Shown here one piece after another: positions 17,441 through 26,058 of a stretch of DNA of 64,000 nucleotides. The notes beneath the pieces are model-generated. The model saw nothing but the letters and a program-made list of their open reading frames with translations. It searched no databases and was not told the origin of the DNA. This stretch comes from an archaeon (GTDB taxonomy: Archaea; Nanobdellota; Nanobdellia; Woesearchaeales; GCA-2686295), in the NCBI GenBank assembly GCA_043822105.1, contig JBDRCD010000003.1:870-64869 (forward strand), in the 5' to 3' direction. Position numbers and translations under genes: made by a program. Position 1 is the first letter of the stretch, and each line of letters starts with the position of its first letter.

Positions 17441-18010
17441 ATGATAAAAAAACTATTAATTATGTTGGTTGCACTGTTTTTGGTCAGCTCATTTGTTGTG
17501 GCTGAACAACAGCAGGGACAGCCGGAAGTAACTGCAACAGGTGCTCCTGAAGATGCAGGTATGCCTGAAGAACCACAAGGTGCTCCTGAAGACGCTGGAG
17601 AAGGACAAGGAGAAGGCGAACCTGAACTAATTATGGCTCAGGAAGAAAACCAAGCCCAGAACCAAGGTGAAGAAAAAGGTCTAAAAGAGCAAAACAAAGA
17701 AATGCTTCAAACAGGTCTTGAAAACGCTTTAGGAAACGTTAAAAACGAAAACGCCAAGCAGATGCTGCAGCAGAACATGGAGAAATTCCAGGAAATGTAT
17801 CAACAAAGACTAGAAAAAATGGAAGGTCTTGAGATAACTGAAGTTGATGAAGAAACTGGTGCTGTTAAGATGAAAGCAAAAGAACAGGTAAAGTTCCTGG
17901 GTTTCATCAAAGGAACAGCCACCCAGAAATTCGAGATGGACGGCGAAGGCAACATGGTTGAGAAGAAGCCATGGTACAGATTCATGTACAAAGAGGCTTT
18001 CGAAGAATAA
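17441..18010 (+). CDS. Secreted acidic low-complexity protein
   Basis: N-terminal signal peptide with Glu/Gln/Gly-rich repeats. Confidence 0.5.
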   Translation: MIKKLLIMLVALFLVSSFVVAEQQQGQPEVTATGAPEDAGMPEEPQGAPEDAGEGQGEGEPELIMAQEENQAQNQGEEKGLKEQNKEMLQTGLENALGNVKNENAKQMLQQNMEKFQEMYQQRLEKMEGLEITEVDEETGAVKMKAKEQVKFLGFIKGTATQKFEMDGEGNMVEKKPWYRFMYKEAFEE

Positions 18011-18082
18011 ACCTAATTTTTTTCTTTTTTTTTCATTAATTTTTTATACTACTTCTCTTTTTATTTTTTACAGGTGATATGA

Positions 18083-18370
18083 ATGATGCAAGAGGAAATG
18101 TTAAAGTTAAGTTCTAAAACAAAGGATATGCGAAGAGCTATTGACTCTCTGAGAGAAGAATTGGAAGCTGTTGATTACTACAATCAAAGAGCTGATTCCT
18201 GTAGTAACAAAGAGTTAAAAAAGATTCTGCTCCACAATGCAAAGGAAGAGAAAGAGCACGCTGCAATGCTCATTGAATGGATAAGGCAGAATGATAAAGA
18301 GTTTGCTTACGAGCTAAAGGATTATCTGTTCATGAAAAATAAAGATATAACTGCTCACGAGAATCATTGA
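18083..18370 (+). CDS. Encapsulated-ferritin-like (EncFtn family) protein
   Basis: LREELEAVDYYNQRAD...LLHNAKEEKEHAAMLIEWIRQND matches the EncFtn signature as I recall it. Confidence 0.65.
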   Translation: MMQEEMLKLSSKTKDMRRAIDSLREELEAVDYYNQRADSCSNKELKKILLHNAKEEKEHAAMLIEWIRQNDKEFAYELKDYLFMKNKDITAHENH

Positions 18371-18996
18371 TTATATTTTTTGAATTCTTCTTGTATATAT
18401 ATTCTTCCTCTGTTTATCCTGGATTTTACAGTTCCAAGAGGTATGTCTAATATGTTTGACATGGTGTTGTAATCCAAATCCTGTATGTCACGCATAATTA
18501 TTGCTGTTCGGAATTGTCTTGGTGTATTCTCTAATATTTTATAGATTCTGTGTTCATTTAATCTTTTTTCTAATAGTTCGTCTGAACCCAATTCGCCATT
18601 GCCAACTGCTTCTTCCAGTTTAACATCACCGTCAAATTCTCCTGTTTTGGTTTTCACATTACTCATTGGCGTCTCATTTCTTCTTTTCATCTTTCTTAGT
18701 TCAGTAAACGCCAGGTTTTGGGCCAATGTATAAATCCATGTTGATATATTTCCTTTTTTTCTCGTATACTTGTGTATTTTTGTATAAGTGTTTCTAAATG
18801 CTTCCTGAACTATGTCTTCAGAAGTTTTTACAGTACTATAATTCTTGAGAATTTTTCCAATAAAGTCAGATAATTTATCAAAATATCTTATGTATAGTTC
18901 TTCAAAGGCTTTATCGTCGCCATTTTTTAGTTTTATGGCTAGATTATCATTGCTTTCCTGTTCATATATTCTCATTGCTGCCGGAAATCTGTTCAC
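18364..18996 (-). CDS. Sigma-70 family (ECF-type) sigma factor-like protein
   Basis: Region 2-like: FEELYIRYFDKL...DIVQEAFRNTY...STWIYTLAQNLAFTELRK. Region 4-like: FRTAIIMRDIQDLDYNTMSNILDIPLGTVKSRINRGR. Confidence 0.75.
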   Translation of the reverse strand: MNRFPAAMRIYEQESNDNLAIKLKNGDDKAFEELYIRYFDKLSDFIGKILKNYSTVKTSEDIVQEAFRNTYTKIHKYTRKKGNISTWIYTLAQNLAFTELRKMKRRNETPMSNVKTKTGEFDGDVKLEEAVGNGELGSDELLEKRLNEHRIYKILENTPRQFRTAIIMRDIQDLDYNTMSNILDIPLGTVKSRINRGRIYIQEEFKKYNQ

Positions 18997-19020
18997 ATTT
19001 ATATATATTGTTTGAAAAAC

Positions 19021-19296
19021 CTAGAAATATTGTACTTTGAAATCTTTGAAATCTCCTTTGAAATCACTCCATTTCTCATCAACTTTTACAACGTTTGCAA
19101 ACCAAGGTCCTTCTCTGCAATATTCTAACAGCTGTTTGAGAGTATCTTCTTCTCCTTCTGCAACAGCTTCAACTGTCTTGTCAGGTAGGTTTCTCACAAA
19201 GCCTGTCAATCCCAGTTTATTTGCACTCCTTGATGTGAAAAACCGGAAACCAACTTTCTGTACCCGTCCATGTATTATCAAATGAAGCCTTTTCAT
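19021..19296 (-). CDS. acyP: Acylphosphatase
   Basis: IHGRVQKVGFRFF...GLTGFVRNLPDKTVEAVAEG signature. Confidence 0.85.
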   Translation of the reverse strand: MKRLHLIIHGRVQKVGFRFFTSRSANKLGLTGFVRNLPDKTVEAVAEGEEDTLKQLLEYCREGPWFANVVKVDEKWSDFKGDFKDFKVQYF

Positions 19297-19430
19297 GATT
19301 TCATGATGCTTCTTGTATTTTTATAGTTTTTCAAAACAACAAAAATTAGGAATTTTTGAGCTATTGTCTTTTGAGAACAAAAACCTTTTTATACAACCTG
19401 CTTAAACATTGTTAACTATAACAAAAATAT

Positions 19431-20009
19431 ATGTATATTTTTGAACATTTAAAACAAAAAAAGGTTTCAAATATGATTACAAAAGATACATTAATCGGAG
19501 AAGTTGTTGACAAGTTTCCAGCAGCAGTTGATATTCTTTTGGAAGAAGGAGTTCATTGTGTAGGCTGTGGAGCAGCAAATTTTGAAAGCGTTGAGCAGGG
19601 TCTTGAGGTCCATGGAAAAACCAAAGAAGAAATAGCTGATGTTGTTAAAAGAATGAATGTGGCAGTAAAAGAAGCTGAAAAAAACAAAGATACAATTACA
19701 ATTACAAAAATAGCAGCTGAGAAAGTTAAAGAAATTATGAAGAAGGATAAAAAACAAGGACAGCATCTTAGAATTTCTATTTCAGAAAGTTGCTGTGGAG
19801 CAGAGTATGGTTTGGAATTTGTAAAAGAAGAAAACAAAGACGATAAAGTATTTGTTGTAGAAGGAGTAAAATTTTTGGTTGATAAGAAAAGCTTTGCTTT
19901 GATGAAAGGATCAAAGGTTGATTTCATAGACAATATTCAGGGAACAGGTTTTAAGATAACCAATCCAAATGAGAAATCAGGTTGTGCCTGCGATGATTCT
20001 TCTTGTTAA
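19431..20009 (+). CDS. DUF1858 domain fused to an IscA/HesB-type Fe-S assembly domain
   Basis: N-terminal part: GEVVDKFPAAVDILLEEGVHCVGCG. C-terminal part: LRISISESCCGAEYGLEF...FKITNPNEKSGCAC. The likely start is MITKDT at 19473. Confidence 0.65.
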   Translation: MYIFEHLKQKKVSNMITKDTLIGEVVDKFPAAVDILLEEGVHCVGCGAANFESVEQGLEVHGKTKEEIADVVKRMNVAVKEAEKNKDTITITKIAAEKVKEIMKKDKKQGQHLRISISESCCGAEYGLEFVKEENKDDKVFVVEGVKFLVDKKSFALMKGSKVDFIDNIQGTGFKITNPNEKSGCACDDSSC

Positions 20010-20954
20010 TTTATTTGAAACTTTTACTTTAAACAAATCATAGTTTCTATTTTCCATTAGAATTCTAGATTCTTCTCCGCCTTCTAAAATCATTTTTACA
20101 AATCTAAATTGTCTATTCCAGTTGTAAAGAGCATCTTCAAAATTTCCATGATGAGCAATTAAATGCGATAAATAATTAGCACCAGACCTTTTCCAATCAT
20201 CACTATTGTTAAAATCTCCAACGCCATATTTTTGCCAAGTACTGGCAAGGAATTGAAATTCTCCCATTGCTCCAAAATCATTGGATGCTATTTGAAAAAT
20301 GTCCATATTACTTTTCTCTGCTATTTTAAATAATGCAGGAATTTGAGGGTAAACCAGTTCGTCAACTCTATGATTAAGAATGTACAATGTTAAAAGAGCA
20401 TTTATTGCAAGCTTATCGCCTGTAACTGTTCCAAAGACTGTTTCAAAAGCTGACAGAGAAGGAATCAATTGAGTTGGAACATTTGTATAGTCTCTATTAA
20501 TCTCTCTTAAAACAGAGTCATTTTCTGCAATATACTCAGGCATTGCTTCAACTCTTTTATCAAAACTATGTCTTTTCTTATACACCTCGTACTTTGCAGG
20601 CTTCTTCTCTTCATCTAGGACAACATATTTTGCAGTGCTTGTATAAATTTCAAATCTAGGATCAAATAGTATTGGTGTGATGTCAATACCATAATTCGCT
20701 TTCATTTTGTCCACTAAAGGTTGAAATGGCTCTGTAATAACTTTTTCAACAGAATCTTTCGTAGAAATTAAATCAGCTAACTTTATTTGCATATCAAGAA
20801 TTGTGGAATCTAAAGTGCTTTTTTGAATTGCTGCGGTTATATGCTGATCATTTAATAAGTTTATAGAATCATTCTTTGCGTTCACAATATCTGCTTTTGA
20901 TTGAGCATATACAACTGCAGAACAGAGTAATACTATTGAGGCGAGTCCCTTCAT
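19977..20954 (-). CDS. Secreted MltB/SLT_2-like lytic transglycosylase domain protein
   Basis: Signal peptide. The C-terminal GAMGEFQFLASTWQKYGVGDFNNSDD resembles the GAMGQxQFMPST signature of MltB-type enzymes. Confidence 0.6.
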   Translation of the reverse strand: MKGLASIVLLCSAVVYAQSKADIVNAKNDSINLLNDQHITAAIQKSTLDSTILDMQIKLADLISTKDSVEKVITEPFQPLVDKMKANYGIDITPILFDPRFEIYTSTAKYVVLDEEKKPAKYEVYKKRHSFDKRVEAMPEYIAENDSVLREINRDYTNVPTQLIPSLSAFETVFGTVTGDKLAINALLTLYILNHRVDELVYPQIPALFKIAEKSNMDIFQIASNDFGAMGEFQFLASTWQKYGVGDFNNSDDWKRSGANYLSHLIAHHGNFEDALYNWNRQFRFVKMILEGGEESRILMENRNYDLFKVKVSNKLTRRIIAGTT

Positions 20955-20984
20955 AAAACAACAGAAAAAACTTCTTCTTTATAT

Positions 20985-21248
20985 TTATTTGGAAAAAATC
21001 TCTTTTAGTTTTTCAATTATTTTAAGAGATTCTATCATTGGCTCACCATCAATAGTAAGCAGCGGAACTCTTCTTTCAATCCTGTTGAAGGTCAAATCTT
21101 TGTATTCTTTCTGGTTTTCTTCGTTGCTCCAGATTTCTTTAATGAGTATTTTTAGATTGTTTTTCTCCAGAAAGTCAGTAACCCTCTTACAATATGGGCA
21201 GCCTTCTCCGATGTAAAGAACAAGTTTTGGCTTAGTCATCCTATACAA
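20985..21248 (-). CDS. Glutaredoxin-like protein
   Basis: CPYC active site within a thioredoxin-fold-length protein. Confidence 0.75.
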   Translation of the reverse strand: MYRMTKPKLVLYIGEGCPYCKRVTDFLEKNNLKILIKEIWSNEENQKEYKDLTFNRIERRVPLLTIDGEPMIESLKIIEKLKEIFSK

Positions 21249-21489
21249 GGTCTTTTTTATTCTCTAAGTCCTTGATTTTGATTACATTCACAGGACAACT
21301 CTGGGCTGCATCTTTGGCTTCACCAAGATTGTTTACTTCCAGTTCGAAAAGTCCTGGTTTTACTTCTTTTCCACCGATAAGATCTGCTTTGCCGTCTGCA
21401 TTCATTTTGAAAAGTTTAGGATCTAAAGCTGCGCAGGCTGCTGCTCCAATGCATGCATCCCTGTCATATATGATTTTGAACTTTGCCAT
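21241..21489 (-). CDS. Small ferredoxin
   Basis: MAKFKIIYDRDACIGAAACAA...AQSCPVNVI. The ORF-track N-terminal extension to 21906 is antisense to the ROK gene and is rejected. Confidence 0.7.
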   Translation of the reverse strand: MAKFKIIYDRDACIGAAACAALDPKLFKMNADGKADLIGGKEVKPGLFELEVNNLGEAKDAAQSCPVNVIKIKDLENKKDLV

Positions 21490-21571
21490 TTTCGGTACCT
21501 CAACTTGAACTATCTTTGAACTTGTTTTTATATTTTTTGGTGGAATGGTTGAAGAAAGATTTAAATAAGTA

Positions 21572-22426
21572 ATGGTCAATAGTATTCTTATGAGATTGGG
21601 TATTGATGTTGGCGGAACTAAAATTGAGGGAGCATTAGTAAACGACAACGGACAAATAATTGACAGCATCAGGAAACCAACAGAAGCTGATAAGGGAAAA
21701 AAACAGGTTCTAAAGAATATTTTGTTTGTGATACAGGCACTAAATAGCGATGATGTTAAGTCTATTGGAATTGGACTTCCTGGAACAATAGGTGAAGATG
21801 GAAAACTGCTCTTTGCAACACACATTTCTTGTATTAATGGTTTAAACGTTGCTAAGGAGATAGAAAAAAATATTGGTAAAAAAGTTAAGCAGGAAAACGA
21901 TGCCAATTGTTTTGCACTTGCAGAAAGAAGATTTGGTGCTGCAAAAGGTTACAGAAATGTAGTGGGTGTAATCCTGGGGACTGGCATTGGTGCAGGGGTC
22001 ATAATTAATAGCGAACTTTACAAAGGATTCTCCGGTTCTGCAGGAGAGTTTGGATTTATGAGGTTCTCTGAGAAAGAAAGTTTTGAACAAATATGTTCTG
22101 GTATAGGAATTGTCAAGAGATACAAAGAAAAAAGAGGCAGAATAGAAAATCCTGATCCAGCCAATATTTTTGCTTCAGGAGAATTAATTGCAAGAGAAGT
22201 TGTTGAAGAAACCTATAACTATCTGGGAAGATTTTTTGTGAACATAATTTGTGCGGTTAATCCGGAGATAATTGTTCTTGGAGGAGGTCTGAGCAATCTT
22301 CCAATGACTGGAAGAATAGTTCAGGAACTCAAGAAATACCCTTTTCCAGTGTTATTAAAGAATGTAAACATCGTGAAAAACAAACTTGGTGATAGCTCAG
22401 GTGTTATTGGTGCTGCTTTTTTATAG
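21572..22426 (+). CDS. ROK-family sugar kinase
   Basis: GIDVGGTKIEGALV plus ROK-type Gly-rich motifs. Confidence 0.8.
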   Translation: MVNSILMRLGIDVGGTKIEGALVNDNGQIIDSIRKPTEADKGKKQVLKNILFVIQALNSDDVKSIGIGLPGTIGEDGKLLFATHISCINGLNVAKEIEKNIGKKVKQENDANCFALAERRFGAAKGYRNVVGVILGTGIGAGVIINSELYKGFSGSAGEFGFMRFSEKESFEQICSGIGIVKRYKEKRGRIENPDPANIFASGELIAREVVEETYNYLGRFFVNIICAVNPEIIVLGGGLSNLPMTGRIVQELKKYPFPVLLKNVNIVKNKLGDSSGVIGAAFL

Positions 22427-22495
22427 ATGAACCGAAATCTTTATATACTTGTATAGCAAATTAACTATTAATCACACTCTAGGAGGGACTATACC

Positions 22496-22885
22496 ATGAA
22501 AAGCCTTTTTTCATTGAAGAAATTTGCAAGAAAAGTGCCAGCAGATGAAGATGACGCTGCTGGAGACGAGTATGTAGAGATTGACACAGATTCGGAGCGT
22601 GAAAAATCATCCAAAATCATTGTCAGACCATTTGTAATGGAAGATTTCTCAGATATTAAGGATATTCTTGATACTATTAGAGAAGGTTACACAATTGCTC
22701 TTATTAATATCAAACCTTTGAAAGATAAGGATCTTGTTGAGCTGAAAAGAGCCATAAACAAGCTGAAAAAGACCTGTGACGCAATCAAAGGAGACATTGC
22801 TGGTTTTGGTGATGATTACATTGTTGTAACGCCTCAGTTTGCAGAGATCTACAGAAGCAAGACAACAAATAATATAGAAGAATAA
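22496..22885 (+). CDS. sepF: Cell division protein SepF homolog (DUF552)
   Basis: IVRPFVMEDFSDIKDILDTIREGYTIALINI...GDIAGFGDDYIVVTP. Confidence 0.8.
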   Translation: MKSLFSLKKFARKVPADEDDAAGDEYVEIDTDSEREKSSKIIVRPFVMEDFSDIKDILDTIREGYTIALINIKPLKDKDLVELKRAINKLKKTCDAIKGDIAGFGDDYIVVTPQFAEIYRSKTTNNIEE

Positions 22886-22936
22886 GCAATCAATTCTTTC
22901 TCTTTTTGATATTAGAACTATTTATTTAATTTCGTT

Positions 22937-23027
22937 CAAAAATCAAAGATTTTTGGCGCAACAGAAACAAAGTTTCTGAGCTTCAAAAAACTTGTTTTTT
23001 GGCGCGCCAACAGATATTTTTCTGTTG
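22937..23027. repeat. Series of four short hairpins/palindromes in the sepF-ZPR1 spacer
   Basis: The four are CAAAAATC-aaa-GATTTTTG, CAGAAAC-aaa-GTTTCTG, CAAAAAAC-tt-GTTTTTTG and CAACAGA-tattttt-TCTGTTG. TTGGCGC follows the first and third. A 12-bp palindrome TTGGCGCGCCAA is also present. Confidence 0.75.
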
Positions 23028-23114
23028 AGCGTTTTTAATTACCTCTTTTTAAATTTTATTGGTTTACATTATAGAACTTCTTGAGTATATGTTGAAAAAC
23101 AACAATATATTTAA

Positions 23115-23675
23115 ATGAAATTTTTCAGTAAAGAACACATGGTCGAGAAAGAAGAAACCAATGGAGCCCCAAGTGTTATAGAGGGTGAAATGTGTCCTTT
23201 TTGTCATGAAAAAAAGTTGGCTTTAAGAGAGATGGAAAGAGACATTCCCTACTTTGGTCTGGTCTATGTTTTTTCCATGGACTGCGCTGGATGTGGGTAT
23301 CACAAAGCAGACGTTGAAGCAGCAGAGAACCATGGGAAAGTTAAATACACTCTTGAGATTGATTCTGAAGAAGATATGAAAATAAGAGTTGTGAAGTCAA
23401 GCACTGCAACTATAAAAATAGCTCACGTTGGAAGCATTGAACCGGGTGACGCTTCAAATGGATATGTTACAAACGTTGAAGGTATTCTTAACAGAATGAA
23501 AAAACAGGTTGAAAACATCAGAGATGAGTCCGATGATAAAGCAGATGTTAAGAAAGCCAAGAATATTATCAAAAAACTTACAAAAGTCATGTGGGGTCAA
23601 GAAAAGATAAAAATGACTTTGGAAGATCCTAATGGTAATTCTTCGATAATTTCAGAAAAAGCAGTGAAAAATTAA
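23115..23675 (+). CDS. ZPR1-type zinc finger protein
   Basis: CPFC...CAGCGY zinc ribbon followed by a ZPR1-like beta domain. Confidence 0.7.
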   Translation: MKFFSKEHMVEKEETNGAPSVIEGEMCPFCHEKKLALREMERDIPYFGLVYVFSMDCAGCGYHKADVEAAENHGKVKYTLEIDSEEDMKIRVVKSSTATIKIAHVGSIEPGDASNGYVTNVEGILNRMKKQVENIRDESDDKADVKKAKNIIKKLTKVMWGQEKIKMTLEDPNGNSSIISEKAVKN

Positions 23676-23733
23676 CTACTTTTTCTGGACTTTCAAGAAA
23701 TTGAAAATATCTGAGAAAGCTGTTAAAGGGTAA

Positions 23734-25308
23734 TTATTTACTATAACCTATTATTCTATCACTATCTTCAGATATTTGATGTCTTCTGTTTTTAACAAGA
23801 TTAAATAGGAATGAGTAAGGTTTATCAATGTATGAATTTATTGCAGCTGTTAAACCATTTATTTCTTTTGAACAATCCGGATTATCTCTTTGTTGAGGAT
23901 CACCAGTTACAATGCATTTGCTTCCTGGTCCTATTCTTTGAAGGATGGTTTTCATCTCGTATGGTGTGAAATTTTGTGCTTCATCTACTATTACAATTTT
24001 ATCTGTAGCTGTTATTCCTCTAATGTAACCTGATGCTAGTACTTCTATAATTTCATTCTTAGGATTAAGATGGGCTGATTCTGAAAAAACTCTTTTTGAA
24101 ATATCACTATCTCTTTTTAATCCATATTTAGTGTCCATTTTTGGATGAACAAATAAACTTTCAAAGGGTATAATTTTTCCCATAGATGTTTCTTTAAATG
24201 AATATTCAAATGGTTTTAGATGTTTCATAATCTTATCAAGTAAATGTCCTGGTTCTGTTCCTTCATCTCTTTTTGGTCCGCCTATAACATCATTAGGTTT
24301 CAGAATAATTATTTGGTTGAAATATCCTCCTTTATCTTCTGAATCAGGCATTCCTCTTAAAGCTCTTGTTTTATCATTATACCATAATGTTAAATCCAAT
24401 GCTGTAGCCAAAGCAAGTAAAGTTTTTCCAGAACTATGGCCTCCGCAGATAAATGATAAGTTCACATTTGGATTTAATAAGCCATATTGGAATGCAATAT
24501 ATTGTTCCATATCTAATGGTGTTACTCCAACAACTGACTTCATATGATGATTTCCTATGTGCATAATTCTGCTTTTTTCTTGTTCTGAGAACAATCGAAG
24601 TCTTTTATTATCTGCACCTATAATCTTTGTTCCTGAATTATTCCTTTTCAAATCTCCTTCAACAATTGCCCAACGTGTTTGGTTAGGATCTGGAGATAAG
24701 TGCTGAACTATTTGGTTAAGATATAATTTATCATTTAACAACTCCATTGCGTCTTCTAAAGGCAGAGGTCTGTTAGGATGTTTGTAAAGTTCTTCAAATA
24801 ACTTATTAGTACCTATTACTTTTCCTTTATTAACTATGTCTGCATTTATTGTTAAAAAATCAGGGCCTGCTACAGACAATCCTGCTGATTTATATTTTAA
24901 ACGGGATTTTGGACTGGTAGTAATAATTTCAGGAGTCTTTTCTTGTAACTTCCATTGAGTTTTTATTTTTTCTTCTAATGCTTCTATGGATTTGCCTGTC
25001 TCAAACTTTTCTGTATTTACAACTGCTACATCTAATTTATCAGAATAATTATACCTTGCGATGGCACCATCTACGTTTATTAGTTCTAATTTCTCTGTAC
25101 TGTTTACAGCTTCAGTTCCTCCATCACTATATTCTCCTTTGCGTTTGTTGTCTGGATAAAGTATATCAAGAAAATAGGAAGGAATTATCAGAATGTTTTT
25201 TAACTTAGCATTATCTGGTCTTCCTAAATTTTTAAACACTTCTGGGCCTGCGTTTATATATACGTCAGGTAATGGTATTTTAATTCCATGATATTGATTT
25301 TCAGTCAT
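23734..25308 (-). CDS. PhoH-like ATPase with a long N-terminal extension (YlaK-like)
   Basis: GGHSSGKTLLALA (Walker A) and IVIVDEAQNFTPYEMKTILQRIGPGSKCIVTGDPQQ. Confidence 0.75.
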   Translation of the reverse strand: MTENQYHGIKIPLPDVYINAGPEVFKNLGRPDNAKLKNILIIPSYFLDILYPDNKRKGEYSDGGTEAVNSTEKLELINVDGAIARYNYSDKLDVAVVNTEKFETGKSIEALEEKIKTQWKLQEKTPEIITTSPKSRLKYKSAGLSVAGPDFLTINADIVNKGKVIGTNKLFEELYKHPNRPLPLEDAMELLNDKLYLNQIVQHLSPDPNQTRWAIVEGDLKRNNSGTKIIGADNKRLRLFSEQEKSRIMHIGNHHMKSVVGVTPLDMEQYIAFQYGLLNPNVNLSFICGGHSSGKTLLALATALDLTLWYNDKTRALRGMPDSEDKGGYFNQIIILKPNDVIGGPKRDEGTEPGHLLDKIMKHLKPFEYSFKETSMGKIIPFESLFVHPKMDTKYGLKRDSDISKRVFSESAHLNPKNEIIEVLASGYIRGITATDKIVIVDEAQNFTPYEMKTILQRIGPGSKCIVTGDPQQRDNPDCSKEINGLTAAINSYIDKPYSFLFNLVKNRRHQISEDSDRIIGYSK

Positions 25309-25322
25309 CTCGCTTCAACTTT

Positions 25323-25832
25323 TTATCTCTGTGTAAATATTCTTTCAACTAGATTATAATCTTGTATCATACTATATTTGCCTATTAATTCTCCAATATT
25401 TCTTACTTCATGATATATTTCAACGCCTTTTCTTCTTAGTTTGTCGTTAATGTTTCTGTCAAGAATGTCTGTATTTTTTATAATTCCATGCAACAACTTG
25501 CTTTTCTTTTGTGGGTCTTTATTTTCTAGTTGTTTTTGGAATTTGGATATTACGTCATAAGAATCATCAACAATATTATCGATTGCATAATTCAATTTGA
25601 TATATATAGATTTCATCTCTCTAAATTTATTTTCTATAGGGGATTGCGATGGATTTTTAAAAGATGAAATTGCTGCAACTATTGCATATCCTATAACCAC
25701 TCCAAGTTCGTCTTGATTCTCTATATTATAAGAAAGTTCATTAAAAAGATTATACAACTGTACTTTGGTTTTTTTCTTCTTTTTCATGTTAGATGCTAAA
25801 CGTTGCCAACCCCCTAGATTATTGAATACCAA
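25323..25832 (-). CDS. Hypothetical protein upstream of the PhoH-like gene
   Basis: ORF track. The likely start is MKKKKKT at 25787. Confidence 0.4.
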   Translation of the reverse strand: MVFNNLGGWQRLASNMKKKKKTKVQLYNLFNELSYNIENQDELGVVIGYAIVAAISSFKNPSQSPIENKFREMKSIYIKLNYAIDNIVDDSYDVISKFQKQLENKDPQKKSKLLHGIIKNTDILDRNINDKLRRKGVEIYHEVRNIGELIGKYSMIQDYNLVERIFTQR

Positions 25833-25923
25833 TTTACTATTTAAAAGTTTCTATTCGAGAATGGTTACATACTCTCGTTTTCTCCAAAACCTTTATATAT
25901 CATAATAATTCACAATCGTTAAG

Positions 25924-26058
25924 ATGTACAAATCAAAAGAAAATGAATATCACAGCAATGATTATGATAGTTCAGAATCTTTATACGTTGTAAACAATCA
26001 TTCCAGAGGCGCTTGCAAAGGAACCTGCAGGTCAATGGGAGTTTGTACCTGTTCTTAA
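25924..26058 (+). CDS. Small ORF with a Cys-rich C-terminus (44 aa)
   Basis: MYKSKENEYHSNDYDSSESLYVVNNHSRGACKGTCRSMGVCTCS. A TATA-like ctttatatatc lies upstream. Its stop abuts the argS stop. Not in the ORF track. Confidence 0.3.
   Translation: MYKSKENEYHSNDYDSSESLYVVNNHSRGACKGTCRSMGVCTCS

Noticed and set aside
18364-18996. Taking the sigma factor (plus SelU, MltB-like and LemA/HtpX) as evidence that the contig is bacterial, for example CPR
   Set aside because: Alba, S17e, Cbf5 with PUA, archaeal GluRS, deoxyhypusine synthase, DUF357, SepF and intron-containing tRNAs are spread across the same contig with uniform composition. The bacterial-type genes are better explained as acquisitions, pending a chimerism check.
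21490-21906. N-terminal 139-aa extension of the ferredoxin ORF (ORF track 21241..21906)
   Set aside because: The extension is antisense to the ROK kinase gene and is Ser/Pro/Ile low complexity. A clean ferredoxin starts at the internal ATG (21489).
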